The notes: a model not told the origin generated them from the letters alone. Counted from the stretch's first letter, positions 46,590 to 56,385 are shown. The stretch is 64,000 nt of DNA from an uncultured Gammaproteobacteria bacterium (GCA_964621305.1 CAZUOM010000003.1:14589-78588); one strand, 5' to 3'. Numbers and translations are program-made.

Positions 46590-47567
46590 ATGAAAATTTT
46601 AATCACCGGCGGGGCTGGCTATATTGGTTCAATTACCAATTGGTTGCTTCGGAAACAGGGCATTGAGACAGTTATCTTTGACAATCTTTCGTGTGGACAC
46701 AAAGAGGCGGTTGGTGACACTCCGTTGGTTGTTGGTGATTTGACAAAAAAAACTGACGTTTCCGCACTTTTCCAACAGTATAAGTTCGACGCTGTCGTCC
46801 ACTTTGCAGCTTTAGCTCTAGCCGGTGAGTCTATGGAGCGCCCGGCTGACTATTATTACAACAACATTGTCGGAGGAATAAATCTTTTAGAGGCAATGAA
46901 CGCTCACAATTGTAAATACATCGTTTTTTCCTCTACCTGTGCTGTATACGGCACACCAAAAGAACTTCCCGTGACTGAAGGAGCTCCAATTCATCCAGAG
47001 AGTGTGTACGCCTCCAGCAAAAGGATTTTTGAGGAAATTTTGGCTTGGTACGCTTTGTTGAAAGACATTCGATTTACAAATCTTCGCTACTTTAACGCTG
47101 CCGGTGCTCTTTTAGACGGTAGCCTAGGAGAAGATCACCGTCCAGAAACCCACATCATCCCCATCGCGCTTTCCGTAGCGGCAGGTAAGCGTAGCATCTT
47201 TGAATTCAATGGTGATGATTATGATACGCCCGATGGAACCTGTATCCGCGACTACATTCACACCACGGATTTAGCCCACGCCCACATAAAAGCGCTTGAG
47301 TACATTACGAAGGGTGGATCATCAGACTCATTTAATCTCGGAGTAGGGAAGGGTTATAGCAATAGAGAGGTGATTCAGATGGTTGAGCAGGTGGTCGGCC
47401 GCGAGATTCCCAAGAAAGTGGTTGGCAGGCGACCCGGAGACCCAGCTACCATTTGGGCAGACAACACCAAAGTCAAAAAAGTCCTAGGCTGGGAGCCGAA
47501 ATACTCCGATCTTAAAACTATTGTCGAGAGCGCATGGAAATGGGAAAAGAATAAATTTAAAATTTAA
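46590..47567 (+). CDS. galE: UDP-glucose 4-epimerase
   Basis: MKILITGGAGYIGS, YASSKRIFEEIL (YxxxK), NLRYFNAAGA, DGTCIRDYIHTTDLAHAH, matching GalE-family blocks. Confidence 0.85.
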   Translation: MKILITGGAGYIGSITNWLLRKQGIETVIFDNLSCGHKEAVGDTPLVVGDLTKKTDVSALFQQYKFDAVVHFAALALAGESMERPADYYYNNIVGGINLLEAMNAHNCKYIVFSSTCAVYGTPKELPVTEGAPIHPESVYASSKRIFEEILAWYALLKDIRFTNLRYFNAAGALLDGSLGEDHRPETHIIPIALSVAAGKRSIFEFNGDDYDTPDGTCIRDYIHTTDLAHAHIKALEYITKGGSSDSFNLGVGKGYSNREVIQMVEQVVGREIPKKVVGRRPGDPATIWADNTKVKKVLGWEPKYSDLKTIVESAWKWEKNKFKI

Positions 47568-47577
47568 AATTGAAAAT
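47553..47577 (+). repeat. Heptanucleotide repeat (aaattta/aaattga) about x3.5 spanning the galE stop and the next gene start
   Basis: aaattta aaattta aaattga aaatg, covering the KNKFKI* C-terminus and the TTG/ATG start of 47570. Confidence 0.65.
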
Positions 47578-48124
47578 GCGCATAGGTATAGATATTAGTC
47601 AGATTGCTCATGAGGGGACTGGAGTGGCTACATACGTGAGAGAGATGGTAAAAGCGCTTCTTGGGCAAGATAAAAAGAATGAGTACGTGCTATTTGGCGC
47701 GTCTCTACGGAAACTGCACGTTTTTTTCGAATACTTCCAAACTGTTAACACCTTGAGTAAAAAAATTCGATTAGTCGTTGTTCCCTTTCCACCGACACTT
47801 CTTGAAATTATTTGGAATCGACTCCATGTGCTGCCAATTGAATGGTTTGTAGGAAACATTGACGTTTTTTGGAGCAGCGACTGGGCGCAGCCTCCGCTAA
47901 CATCTGCAAAAGGCATAACGACCATTCACGACCTTATTGCCGTCAGGTTTCCCCGCGAGACTGATCGTAGGATTGTTGCTGCGCATACGCGACGATTGGC
48001 GCATGTTGCAAAAGAATGTCAGGCGATTTTATGCGACAGCCAAGCAACGAAAAAAGATACCGCGACGTTATTAAACGTACCTACTGATCGACTTCATGTG
48101 GTATACCCAGGAGTCAATGTATGA
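47570..48124 (+). CDS. GT4 N-terminal-domain-only ORF (184 aa); possible truncated duplicate or pseudogene fragment
   Basis: MKMRIGIDISQIAHEGTGVATY...HDLIAVRFP...VVYPGVNV* stops where GT4 enzymes begin their C-terminal catalytic domain. A full-length GT4 follows immediately with ATGA overlap. TTG start per ORF track; ATG at 47576 also possible. Confidence 0.45.
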   Translation: MKMRIGIDISQIAHEGTGVATYVREMVKALLGQDKKNEYVLFGASLRKLHVFFEYFQTVNTLSKKIRLVVVPFPPTLLEIIWNRLHVLPIEWFVGNIDVFWSSDWAQPPLTSAKGITTIHDLIAVRFPRETDRRIVAAHTRRLAHVAKECQAILCDSQATKKDTATLLNVPTDRLHVVYPGVNV

Positions 48125-49245
48125 TGATAGCAATTGACGGTTATGAGGCAAACGATGTCCATCGAGTAGGAATTGGACGCTACGCCTATGAAATCTTAAA
48201 AAATATTCATCTTTTACGCTCAAGGCACGAATTTCGTATCTATCTTCCCGACCAGCGTCTTGCCGATATGCCCCAGGAGACCGATTGGTGGCGATATCGG
48301 GTACTTTCGCCGAAGCGACTTTGGACATTCTTTCGCCTGCCGCTTGCGTTGAGTGTTGATTTGCCTCGGGCTGATGTCGTGTTTTCTCCGACACATTACG
48401 TTCCTCGGTTTGTTGGCACACCGCGGGTTATGGCCATTATGGACCTTTCTTTTGCGGTTTACCCGGAGATGTTTAGACGCAAAGATCTCCATCAATTGGT
48501 TCACTGGACTAGATATTCAGCCCGTCAGGCAAAGAAAATCCTTACAATCAGCCAGTTTAGCAAGAATGCTATAATTAAGGAGTACGGAAAGAAGCCGGAA
48601 GATGTGGTGGTGACATACCCGGGATTAACAATTAAAAATTCAAAATTCAAAATGCAAAATTATAAGAGTAAATACAGCATCACAAACCCCTATATCCTTT
48701 CAGTAGGCACGTTGCAGCCTAGAAAGAATTTCGTGAGACTTATTGAGGCGTTTTCAAAATTGTTGCCAAAATATCCTCATTTTGAACTTGTTATTGTGGG
48801 TAAAAAAGGTTGGCTGTATGAGGAGATTTTGGATGCTCCGAAGAAGTACGGAGTTATTGGCAGAGTAAAGTTTTTAGATTTCGTTATAGACGAAGATCTT
48901 CCAGCTCTTTATCAGGGTGCGAAGTGCTTTGTTTTGCCTAGTTTATACGAAGGATTTGGCTTGCCGGTTTTGGAGGCAATGGCGCTCGGAACGCCCGTCG
49001 TGGTAAGCAATAGTTCAAGTTTGCCGGAAGTAGCAGGAAAAGCCGGGATTTATGTTGATCCGCTCAATACTGACAGTATAGGCCGCGGCATTGATCAAGT
49101 TTTACAGGAAGAGGGAAAAGCAGTCGGCAAGAATCGAATTGACTTAGGAAAAAAGCAAGCCGGACAATTTACGTGGGAGGCGGCAGCCAAGCAGACCCTG
49201 GAAGTGTTAGAAGGCCTCGCCTTGCGAGGCAAGGCGAGACCTTGA
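48121..49245 (+). CDS. GT4 (group 1) glycosyltransferase
   Basis: MMIAIDGYEAN...VVVTYPGL...ILSVGTLQPRKN...LPSLYEGFGLPVLEAMALGTPVVVSNSSSLPEVAG. Confidence 0.8.
   Translation: MMIAIDGYEANDVHRVGIGRYAYEILKNIHLLRSRHEFRIYLPDQRLADMPQETDWWRYRVLSPKRLWTFFRLPLALSVDLPRADVVFSPTHYVPRFVGTPRVMAIMDLSFAVYPEMFRRKDLHQLVHWTRYSARQAKKILTISQFSKNAIIKEYGKKPEDVVVTYPGLTIKNSKFKMQNYKSKYSITNPYILSVGTLQPRKNFVRLIEAFSKLLPKYPHFELVIVGKKGWLYEEILDAPKKYGVIGRVKFLDFVIDEDLPALYQGAKCFVLPSLYEGFGLPVLEAMALGTPVVVSNSSSLPEVAGKAGIYVDPLNTDSIGRGIDQVLQEEGKAVGKNRIDLGKKQAGQFTWEAAAKQTLEVLEGLALRGKARP
48633..48661 (+). repeat. Heptanucleotide tandem repeat (caaaatt)x3-4 inside GT4 CDS
   Basis: taaaaatt caaaatt caaaatg caaaatt, encoding IKNSKFKMQNYK. 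Confidence 0.75.
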
Positions 49246-49251
49246 AAACAT

Positions 49252-49830
49252 ATGAGAATGTTTATCGATTTCTGGGTTTTTCTTTGTACGCTAACCGGTT
49301 TTATTCCGAGTCATACGATTCGGCTGTTCCTGTACCGCAATTTTTTCCGGGTTAAAATCGGCAAGGACAGCTCGATTCACTGGCTTGCTCGATTTAACAA
49401 TCCCGCAGGAGTTTCGATCGGGAACAATACCGTCATCGGCAACGACGCATTTCTGGACGGAAGATATAAACGCAATGGGGGAAGCTACCTGAAAGACTTT
49501 TTTTCTCCTCGGGTGAGGCCGCTAGTGATAGGCAATAACGTGTCTATTGCAGGTGAAGTAAGGATTTATACGATGCAACATGATGTTGATGACCCGAACT
49601 TTGTAGAAATTGAAGCCCCCGTCGTCATGGGTGACTACGTTGTTATAGGTACGAGGGTGACTATATTGCCAGGAGTTCACATCGGTCAAGGAGCAGTTGT
49701 TGCAAGCGGCGCAGTCGTAACCAAGGACGTTCCCTCATACACGGTCGTGGGCGGAGTTCCGGCGACGTTTATAAGAAATAGAAGTAAGAATTTACGGTAT
49801 ACGTTAAAATTCGCGAGACTGTTTCAATAA
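49252..49830 (+). CDS. Hexapeptide-repeat (LbH) sugar O-acetyltransferase
   Basis: Repeated [LIV]G.N..I hexapeptides: [15 protein letters not shown]...[13 protein letters not shown]...[34 protein letters not shown]-terminal hydrophobic segment. Confidence 0.75.
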   Translation: MRMFIDFWVFLCTLTGFIPSHTIRLFLYRNFFRVKIGKDSSIHWLARFNNPAGVSIGNNTVIGNDAFLDGRYKRNGGSYLKDFFSPRVRPLVIGNNVSIAGEVRIYTMQHDVDDPNFVEIEAPVVMGDYVVIGTRVTILPGVHIGQGAVVASGAVVTKDVPSYTVVGGVPATFIRNRSKNLRYTLKFARLFQ

Positions 49831-49834
49831 CAAA

Positions 49835-50704
49835 GTGGATCTTTCCATTATTATTCCCAGTTACGGTACGCGAGGCCTCCTCGACCGCTGTTTACGCTCA
49901 ATATATGACAGTCTGAAAGTATCAAAACTATCTTTTGAGATTATAGTCGTCGATAACGCGTCAGATGATGGTTCTGTAGAACTATTGAAGAAGAAATATC
50001 CTCGAGTACAAACAATTTTCAATAAAGATAATTTGGGCTATGGAAAAGCGAATAATCAAGGAATAAAAAAAGCAAAAGGGAAGTACGTGCTTCTTTTAAA
50101 TTCGGATATTTCAGTTGTTGATAGTGGCATAGAACGTCTCTGGCAATTTGCAACAATGCAAAGTAATGCGTTTGTCGGCGGAAAGCTCTTCAACGAAGAC
50201 GGAACTTCACAACCATCTTGCGGCCCCATGTACAGTTTGCCAATCGTGTTCCTAATGCTTTTTACCAAAGGCGATCGCTTGGGCATTACTCGTTACGCTC
50301 CACAGAGAGTCCAGTCGGTAGATTGGGTCTCTGGTGCCTGTCTTATCGGTCCAAAGCTGGCGTTTGTCGAGGTGGGTCTTTTTGATGAGAGAATATTTAT
50401 GTACATGGAAGAAATTGAGTTTCTTTACCGAGCCAAACAGAAAGGGTATACTGTCTTTTTCTATCCGAATGCACACTTTGTCCATACGGGTGCCGCAAGT
50501 AGCGGCGAGCGACGGACACCGGTGGTTAATATCTACCTGGGTCTCTTGTATTTTTATCGGAAACACCGGGGGCCTCTTGCCTTGGGAGTACTTCGACTTC
50601 TATTGGTGGCCAAAGCCTTGGCAGCGATCATCATTGGACGTATGATTGGGAGGAAGGACCTTTTTGTTACATATGAAGAAGCTCTTCGGATGGTTTTTCG
50701 ATAA
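49835..50704 (+). CDS. GT2 family glycosyltransferase
   Basis: LSIIIPSYGTRGLLDRCLRSI...IIVVDNASDDGS...NLGYGKANNQG...LLNSD. Confidence 0.75.
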   Translation: MDLSIIIPSYGTRGLLDRCLRSIYDSLKVSKLSFEIIVVDNASDDGSVELLKKKYPRVQTIFNKDNLGYGKANNQGIKKAKGKYVLLLNSDISVVDSGIERLWQFATMQSNAFVGGKLFNEDGTSQPSCGPMYSLPIVFLMLFTKGDRLGITRYAPQRVQSVDWVSGACLIGPKLAFVEVGLFDERIFMYMEEIEFLYRAKQKGYTVFFYPNAHFVHTGAASSGERRTPVVNIYLGLLYFYRKHRGPLALGVLRLLLVAKALAAIIIGRMIGRKDLFVTYEEALRMVFR

Positions 50705-53700
50705 CGCGCTTGCCATCGGAACGCTTTTTTTGTTGGTTTTCATCCCACTTTACCCGAAACTGCCGCTTGTCGATGTGGTGGGTACTTGGGTCTATGTACG
50801 CGCCGAAGATTTCGTGGTTTTTGGCGTGCTATTTTTGTGGGCCGTGGCGTTAATTCGCAACAAGATTACCCTTAGAACGCCGCTGACGGTTCCAATTTTT
50901 CTTTTTTGGATAGCCGGAGCAATCGCGACCCTCCATGGGGTTCTCTTAATATTTCCGACTCTCCATGATGTCTATCAGAACGTTGCGTTTCTAAGTTTCC
51001 TGCGGCGCATCGAGTATATGAGCATGTTTTTCGTGGCCTTTAGCGCGACGAAGGGGAAGGGCAATATCCGCCATGTTATCGCCGTTTTGGCAGCCACACT
51101 GTTTTTAGTGACAGTCTATGGAATCGGTCAAAAGTACTTAGGATTTCCGGCCTTTTTGACGATGAACGAAGAATTTGCCAAAGGTTGGGTGATACGACTT
51201 TCACCACTGTCGCGCATTTCTTCTACTTTTGGCGGCCACTACGATTTTGCAGCCTACCTTGTGCTTGTGGTTCCGATCATAGCCAGTGTCCTTTTTGTGT
51301 TTCGACATTGGCTATTACGAACGGTGTTGATACTTCTTATTCTACTTTCTGCAATCGCTATGTTTATGACGGTATCGAGAATATCTTTTCTTGCGCTGGT
51401 TGCCGCTATCGCTTTGGTATTGCTGTTTCACAAAAGTAAACTTGTCTTAGTAGCTATACCGGCAGCGGCTCTTGCAGCAGCAGCGACAATCATTGTCTCG
51501 CCGACGCTTCTTTCGCGTTTTGGCAGCACGGTCAAAGAGATCGATGTTATTGTGGATGCCAAAACGCAGCGCGTAATCGGACACCCTCGGGAAGTTCCCA
51601 ATACCTATTTTGTTGATAAGGTCATTCATCAGCAGTTCCTTACTGACATTTCTGATGTTTCACTAACTGCCAGTGCGTCTGCAGATGTTGTCATTCCTTA
51701 TAAAAATCTTCCCGCCTCCGTTGTTCTTTTGACCCAACCCAGCGCGCCAACGGGGGAAGATTTACCACCCGGAACAGGTTATATCAACTTATCGCTTTCT
51801 CCTATCAAAAGAAAAATCGGAAATTTTTATTATGAACCCAAAAAGGCTGTACCGGCAGCTGGCGGACCGGTTTTTGTAATCAATGGAAATTTTTTGGTAA
51901 GGCGCGTATTAACCTATGATTTATCATTTACCACAAGATTTCAGGGCGGATGGCCGCGTACTCTTGCTGCTTTTAAACGAAATGTGTTTTTTGGTAGCGG
52001 CTACGGTTCGGTGGGTCTAGCGGTTGACAACAGTTACCTGCGTATGCTCGGAGAGACAGGGATATTTGGCTTTGCTTCGTTTCTCGGAATATTTCTGATC
52101 ATGGCTATTGTGATAAGAAAAAAATTCTCGAGTCTCACAGATCATCTTGAAAAAAGTTTTCTGGTTGGTTTTTGTGCAGGGCTGGTAGGTTTGGCATTTA
52201 ACGCGCTATTTATAGACGTTTTTGAAGCTTCGAAAGTTGCGTTCGTGTTATGGATTTTGGCAGGAATTGCAATGGGAATACTTGTTGGCTACCGAGACAG
52301 CACCGTTAAACTCGTCAAGGAGCTTCGAACTGCCATCTCCTCTTCCGTTGCCGTGGTTTTGTCGTTGTTTGTTGTTGCAATTTTGATTTATTCTCCACTA
52401 CTCCGAAATGGATTCGTCGGCGATGACTTTACCTGGTTCCGCTGGGTTTCTGATTGTGGTGCCAGCGAGATAGTACAGCGATGCCCTCCTGCTATTTCGA
52501 CGATCCAAGATTTTTTTACTAATGCCAGTGGATTTTTTTACCGGCCAGGAGCAAAAATATATTTTTTAGCTATGTACTGGTTGTTCTGGCTAAACCAAAA
52601 CGCCTACCACGTCGTTTCACTGCTTTTACATTTTGGGGTTAGCGTCCTAGTTTTTTTCCTTGCCAAGAAGATAGTCAAAACGATTCTTGCCTCTGCGGCA
52701 GTGGCATTTCTGTTTCTCCTGTCAAGCGGGACGATTGAGGCAGTTCATTGGATCTCTGCGACAGGATTCCTCTGGGCGACAGCCTTTTCTCTTTTGAGCT
52801 TACTCGCATTTATCTCGTGGCAAGAAAAAAGAAAGACGTTTCTTTTTTCGGCTACCCTTATATTTTTCGTCTTGGCGCTTCTGTTTCATGAGTTAGCTAT
52901 TGTTACGCCCTTATTGTATTTGGTGTACGTATTTGTAGCAGGCGGTGCTGTTCCAAAGGTTCTTTTTTCACCTATACCTCTCTACCTTATCGTGAGATTC
53001 TTGGCTGGCAGCCACTGGTTTAGCGGAGATTACAATTATAATCTCTTTAAATTACCTTTTAACGCGGTTGGCAACTCCTTAGGATATTTCTCACTCGCCC
53101 TGTTTGGTCCGGCTTCGACTCCATTTTACTCTTCTCTTAGAAATTTACTCAGAGACAACATTTTAATAGCTGTTGGTGCAATTGCGCTACTTCTTCCATC
53201 TGTTTTTTATACAGGAAAGCAATTTTTTATTCGACTTCAAAAAGACAACCAAAAAGCATTTTTGTTCGGTTTGTTATTTTTTCTAGCTTCTTTGCTTCCT
53301 TTTCTAGGCTTGGGAAACATGTCGTCACGATATGGTTATGTTGCCGCTATTGGCGTAATGTTTATGTTAGTGGTTTTTCTCAAAAATCTATATACGTTTT
53401 TGTTAGGCAATGGTCGAGCAATTGCCTTATTAGGAATAACGATTACGGTAAGCTCGTTTAGTCTGTTTCAACTTATTCAACAGCAGCAGTTGCATAGCGA
53501 CTGGTATGAGGCAGGTGAAAAAACTAAAAGGTTTATTAACTCTATAGCGGCCTACTATGAAGATGAGTGGACTACTCAACCAATTGAAATTCACTTGGTT
53601 AACGTTCCAATTCGCATGGGCGAGGCGTGGGTATTTCCCGTGGGTATTGATGACGCGCTTTTTTTAATATTTCGTAATCAACAGATGAAAATATATAAGT

Positions 53701-53819
53701 GGCCGTCGCTACTCGCTGCATTCGACGCAGTCTCTTATAACTCACAGACACAAAGGGTATTTATGTTCGATAGAGATGGTAACGTCACGGAACAGAAAAA
53801 AGTCAAGATCGCGCAATGA
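50646..53819 (+). CDS. Large polytopic membrane protein: O-antigen ligase (Wzy_C)-like N-terminal half fused to a second multi-TM GT-C-like domain
   Basis: 1057 aa. TVSRISFLALVAAIAL ... GYGSVGLAVDNSYLRMLGETGIFGF matches the Wzy_C/WaaL loop and HNSYL motif with N for H. Second half (GFVGDDFTWF...NAYHVVSLLLHFGVSVLVFFLAKKI) resembles DUF1736/PMT-like N-termini. Confidence 0.55.
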   Translation: MGGRTFLLHMKKLFGWFFDNALAIGTLFLLVFIPLYPKLPLVDVVGTWVYVRAEDFVVFGVLFLWAVALIRNKITLRTPLTVPIFLFWIAGAIATLHGVLLIFPTLHDVYQNVAFLSFLRRIEYMSMFFVAFSATKGKGNIRHVIAVLAATLFLVTVYGIGQKYLGFPAFLTMNEEFAKGWVIRLSPLSRISSTFGGHYDFAAYLVLVVPIIASVLFVFRHWLLRTVLILLILLSAIAMFMTVSRISFLALVAAIALVLLFHKSKLVLVAIPAAALAAAATIIVSPTLLSRFGSTVKEIDVIVDAKTQRVIGHPREVPNTYFVDKVIHQQFLTDISDVSLTASASADVVIPYKNLPASVVLLTQPSAPTGEDLPPGTGYINLSLSPIKRKIGNFYYEPKKAVPAAGGPVFVINGNFLVRRVLTYDLSFTTRFQGGWPRTLAAFKRNVFFGSGYGSVGLAVDNSYLRMLGETGIFGFASFLGIFLIMAIVIRKKFSSLTDHLEKSFLVGFCAGLVGLAFNALFIDVFEASKVAFVLWILAGIAMGILVGYRDSTVKLVKELRTAISSSVAVVLSLFVVAILIYSPLLRNGFVGDDFTWFRWVSDCGASEIVQRCPPAISTIQDFFTNASGFFYRPGAKIYFLAMYWLFWLNQNAYHVVSLLLHFGVSVLVFFLAKKIVKTILASAAVAFLFLLSSGTIEAVHWISATGFLWATAFSLLSLLAFISWQEKRKTFLFSATLIFFVLALLFHELAIVTPLLYLVYVFVAGGAVPKVLFSPIPLYLIVRFLAGSHWFSGDYNYNLFKLPFNAVGNSLGYFSLALFGPASTPFYSSLRNLLRDNILIAVGAIALLLPSVFYTGKQFFIRLQKDNQKAFLFGLLFFLASLLPFLGLGNMSSRYGYVAAIGVMFMLVVFLKNLYTFLLGNGRAIALLGITITVSSFSLFQLIQQQQLHSDWYEAGEKTKRFINSIAAYYEDEWTTQPIEIHLVNVPIRMGEAWVFPVGIDDALFLIFRNQQMKIYKWPSLLAAFDAVSYNSQTQRVFMFDRDGNVTEQKKVKIAQ

Positions 53820-55213
53820 AGAAAGAACTTTTGTTAGTTTTAATACTTTTAGCTGTCGCAATAGCAGTTCGACTTTACAGGATCGATCAGCCCATGGCTG
53901 ACTGGCATAGTTTCCGCCAGGCTGATACGGCGGCCGTAGCCCGCAATTTCGAGATATTTGGATTTGATCCTCTGCGACCACGCGGCATTGACCTTTCCAA
54001 CATTCAGTCAGGAAAAGACAATCCGATGGGTTGGAGGATGGTGGAGTTTCCGCTCTATCAATCCGTTGGGTACAGGATAAAGAAGCTCTTTCCGTCTCTC
54101 TCATGGGAGGTTGCTTTGCGGCTAACTACGGTTGTTGCCTCATCGCTGACGGCACTTCTTTTGGCAGTAATCGTTCGACGTAGCGTTGGAATTCTCGCCG
54201 GCTTCATCACCTTTCTTTCTTTTGCGATTTTGCCATACAGCATTTTTTACGGCCGCGCGATCTTGCCGGAGCCTTTTATGGTTTTTTGGGCAGTTTTGAG
54301 TGTGTTTCTCCTTGCTCGCGGGCTTCCTGTTCCTTCCGCATTTGCTGCAGCTGTTGCCCTTTTGGTGAAACCGACCGCTCTATTTCTCCTTTTTCCCGTA
54401 CCGTACTTATTTTTCCGAAAGTTTTCTTTTTCAAAGCATTTGCTTATTTACTTATTTGTTTATTTACTTATTTGTTTATTACCCCTGTGGTGGTGGAGGG
54501 TCTGGATTCAACAGTTTCCGGAAGGAATACCGGTATTTAGTTGGCTTCTTAATGAAGGGAATATTCGACTAAAAGGCGCGTGGTTTTATTGGTTATTCGC
54601 CGAACGCCTGGGAAAGTTAATTCTTGGCTACTGGGGGCTTATACCTTTTGCGCTAGGCCTCTTAGTAGCTCCGTCAAAAAAAGAAGGTTGGCTTTTTCGA
54701 TTGTGGGGGATTGGAGCAATGGCGTATTTAATGGTTGTTGCAAGAGGTAACGTACAACATGATTATTACCAGATTCTCCTTTTACCGGTAATAAGCGTTT
54801 ATCTTGGAAAAGGATTTGCATTTTTATTAACTACTCCTGTTTTTTCCAAATTTATCACTTATCCCTTATCATTTATTACCTTTTTATTCATGCTCGCCTT
54901 TTCCTGGCATACAGTTCGCACCTACTATTGGATCAATCGGCCAGAAATTGTTGAGGCAGGAAAGGAAGCTGATAAAAATTTGCCTCCAAATGCTAAAGTT
55001 ATCGCTCCCTATCAGGGCGATACGACATTCCTTTATCAAATCAACAGAGTTGGTTGGCCGCTGGGGTTTGAGATCGATAAAAAAATAGCCATGGGTGCCA
55101 CCCACTACGTGACTGTGTCGCCAACCGATGCTGACCTTGAGACGAAAGAGCTCGCCGAAAAATATACTGTTTTAGTTCGCAACGACAAATTCGCCATTAT
55201 CGATCTCAGATGA
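53816..55213 (+). CDS. GT39/PMT_2 (ArnT-like) membrane glycosyltransferase (short form)
   Basis: RLYRIDQPMADWHSFRQADTAAVARNF. R-Q-A-D-T-A-x-x-A-R-N is the hallmark N-terminal loop of PMT_2 proteins. 465 aa multi-TM. Confidence 0.6.
   Translation: MKKELLLVLILLAVAIAVRLYRIDQPMADWHSFRQADTAAVARNFEIFGFDPLRPRGIDLSNIQSGKDNPMGWRMVEFPLYQSVGYRIKKLFPSLSWEVALRLTTVVASSLTALLLAVIVRRSVGILAGFITFLSFAILPYSIFYGRAILPEPFMVFWAVLSVFLLARGLPVPSAFAAAVALLVKPTALFLLFPVPYLFFRKFSFSKHLLIYLFVYLLICLLPLWWWRVWIQQFPEGIPVFSWLLNEGNIRLKGAWFYWLFAERLGKLILGYWGLIPFALGLLVAPSKKEGWLFRLWGIGAMAYLMVVARGNVQHDYYQILLLPVISVYLGKGFAFLLTTPVFSKFITYPLSFITFLFMLAFSWHTVRTYYWINRPEIVEAGKEADKNLPPNAKVIAPYQGDTTFLYQINRVGWPLGFEIDKKIAMGATHYVTVSPTDADLETKELAEKYTVLVRNDKFAIIDLR
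54444..54480 (+). repeat. 16-bp tandem repeat (ttatttacttatttgt)x2.3 inside GT39-like CDS
   Basis: ttatttac ttatttgt ttatttac ttatttgt ttatta, encoding LIYLFVYLLICLL. Confidence 0.7.
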
Positions 55214-56385
55214 AAATTCTTTTTGTCTCAGCCCTCTTGCCGTACCCTCCCCATCAAGGAGGGCAAGTCCGGATGTTTAACCTGCTCAAGCGAGTTGCCA
55301 AAAATCACGACGTGACGCTTCTGTCTTTTATTCGGAGTAATGATGAGATTGGGCATATTAAGAGCTTGGACTTTTGCAAAAAGGTTATTCCTGTTATGCG
55401 GGGCTCCGCTTGGCAATCAAAATATATTTTGCGGGCGGCTCTAACCAATATTCCACTTCTCTATGCAACCTATGAAAACGGGGAGATGCGACAAACGATT
55501 ACCAGAGAACTTGCTACAGGAGGTTATGACCTTATACATCTTGAGCCAAGTTACGTGCGGCCATCGCTACCAGATACAAAAATTCCTACAGTTGTAACAG
55601 AACACAACATTGAGTCGAGTGTTTATAGCGGGTTTGTCCGGCGTTTTCCGATTATTTTTGCAAGACCACTATTGTTCTTCGACGTAATTAAGCTTTGGTT
55701 TGGAGAGCGACAGATATGGAAAAAGGCAAATCATGTAATTGCTGTTTCAGAGCAAGATGCAGCTGTTATTAAAAAAGTTAATCTTAATGTAGCCGTAGTG
55801 TCAAATGGTGTGGATTTAGAAACATATTCATTCCGGCCAAAAATTAATAAAGGTGAACTGATATTTTTGTTTGTCGGATATTTTGGCTGGCTCCAAAACC
55901 GCGATGCGCTAACCTATTTAATGGAAAGCATTTGGCCAAAGATAATAGTGCAATTTCCGGGTGCGAAACTTCGGGTCGTAGGTAAAAATTTACCAAAAAC
56001 TTTGGCTAAAAAACTTAAAGGCGAATACATTTCAGAAGTAAGCGATCTTGCTTCTGAATATCATAATGCGGATCTTCTGTTGGCTCCGATTAGAATCGGA
56101 GGTGGAACGCGATATAAAATATTGGAAGCGATGGCTTGTGGCACGCCAGTCATAACGACAACCAAAGGCGCCCAAGGTTTGGGGGTCAGTGATCGAAAAG
56201 AACTTTTGATCGCCGATACGCCAGCGGCAACGGTAGACGCTATGAACAAGCTCACTGCCGAGCCTCGATTAAGGAAGGAAATGGTTAGCTTCGCGCGAAA
56301 ACTTGTCGAAAAAAGATATTCGTGGGATTTGCTTGCCCGAAAATTGGAAGGAGTTTGGCAGCATGCCGCAAAAAAATCACGCTGA
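55210..56385 (+). CDS. GT4 (group 1) glycosyltransferase
   Basis: MKILFVSALLPYPPHQGGQVRMFNLLKRV...FVGYFGWLQNRDAL...LAPIRIGGGTRYKILEAMACGTPVI. Confidence 0.8.
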   Translation: MKILFVSALLPYPPHQGGQVRMFNLLKRVAKNHDVTLLSFIRSNDEIGHIKSLDFCKKVIPVMRGSAWQSKYILRAALTNIPLLYATYENGEMRQTITRELATGGYDLIHLEPSYVRPSLPDTKIPTVVTEHNIESSVYSGFVRRFPIIFARPLLFFDVIKLWFGERQIWKKANHVIAVSEQDAAVIKKVNLNVAVVSNGVDLETYSFRPKINKGELIFLFVGYFGWLQNRDALTYLMESIWPKIIVQFPGAKLRVVGKNLPKTLAKKLKGEYISEVSDLASEYHNADLLLAPIRIGGGTRYKILEAMACGTPVITTTKGAQGLGVSDRKELLIADTPAATVDAMNKLTAEPRLRKEMVSFARKLVEKRYSWDLLARKLEGVWQHAAKKSR

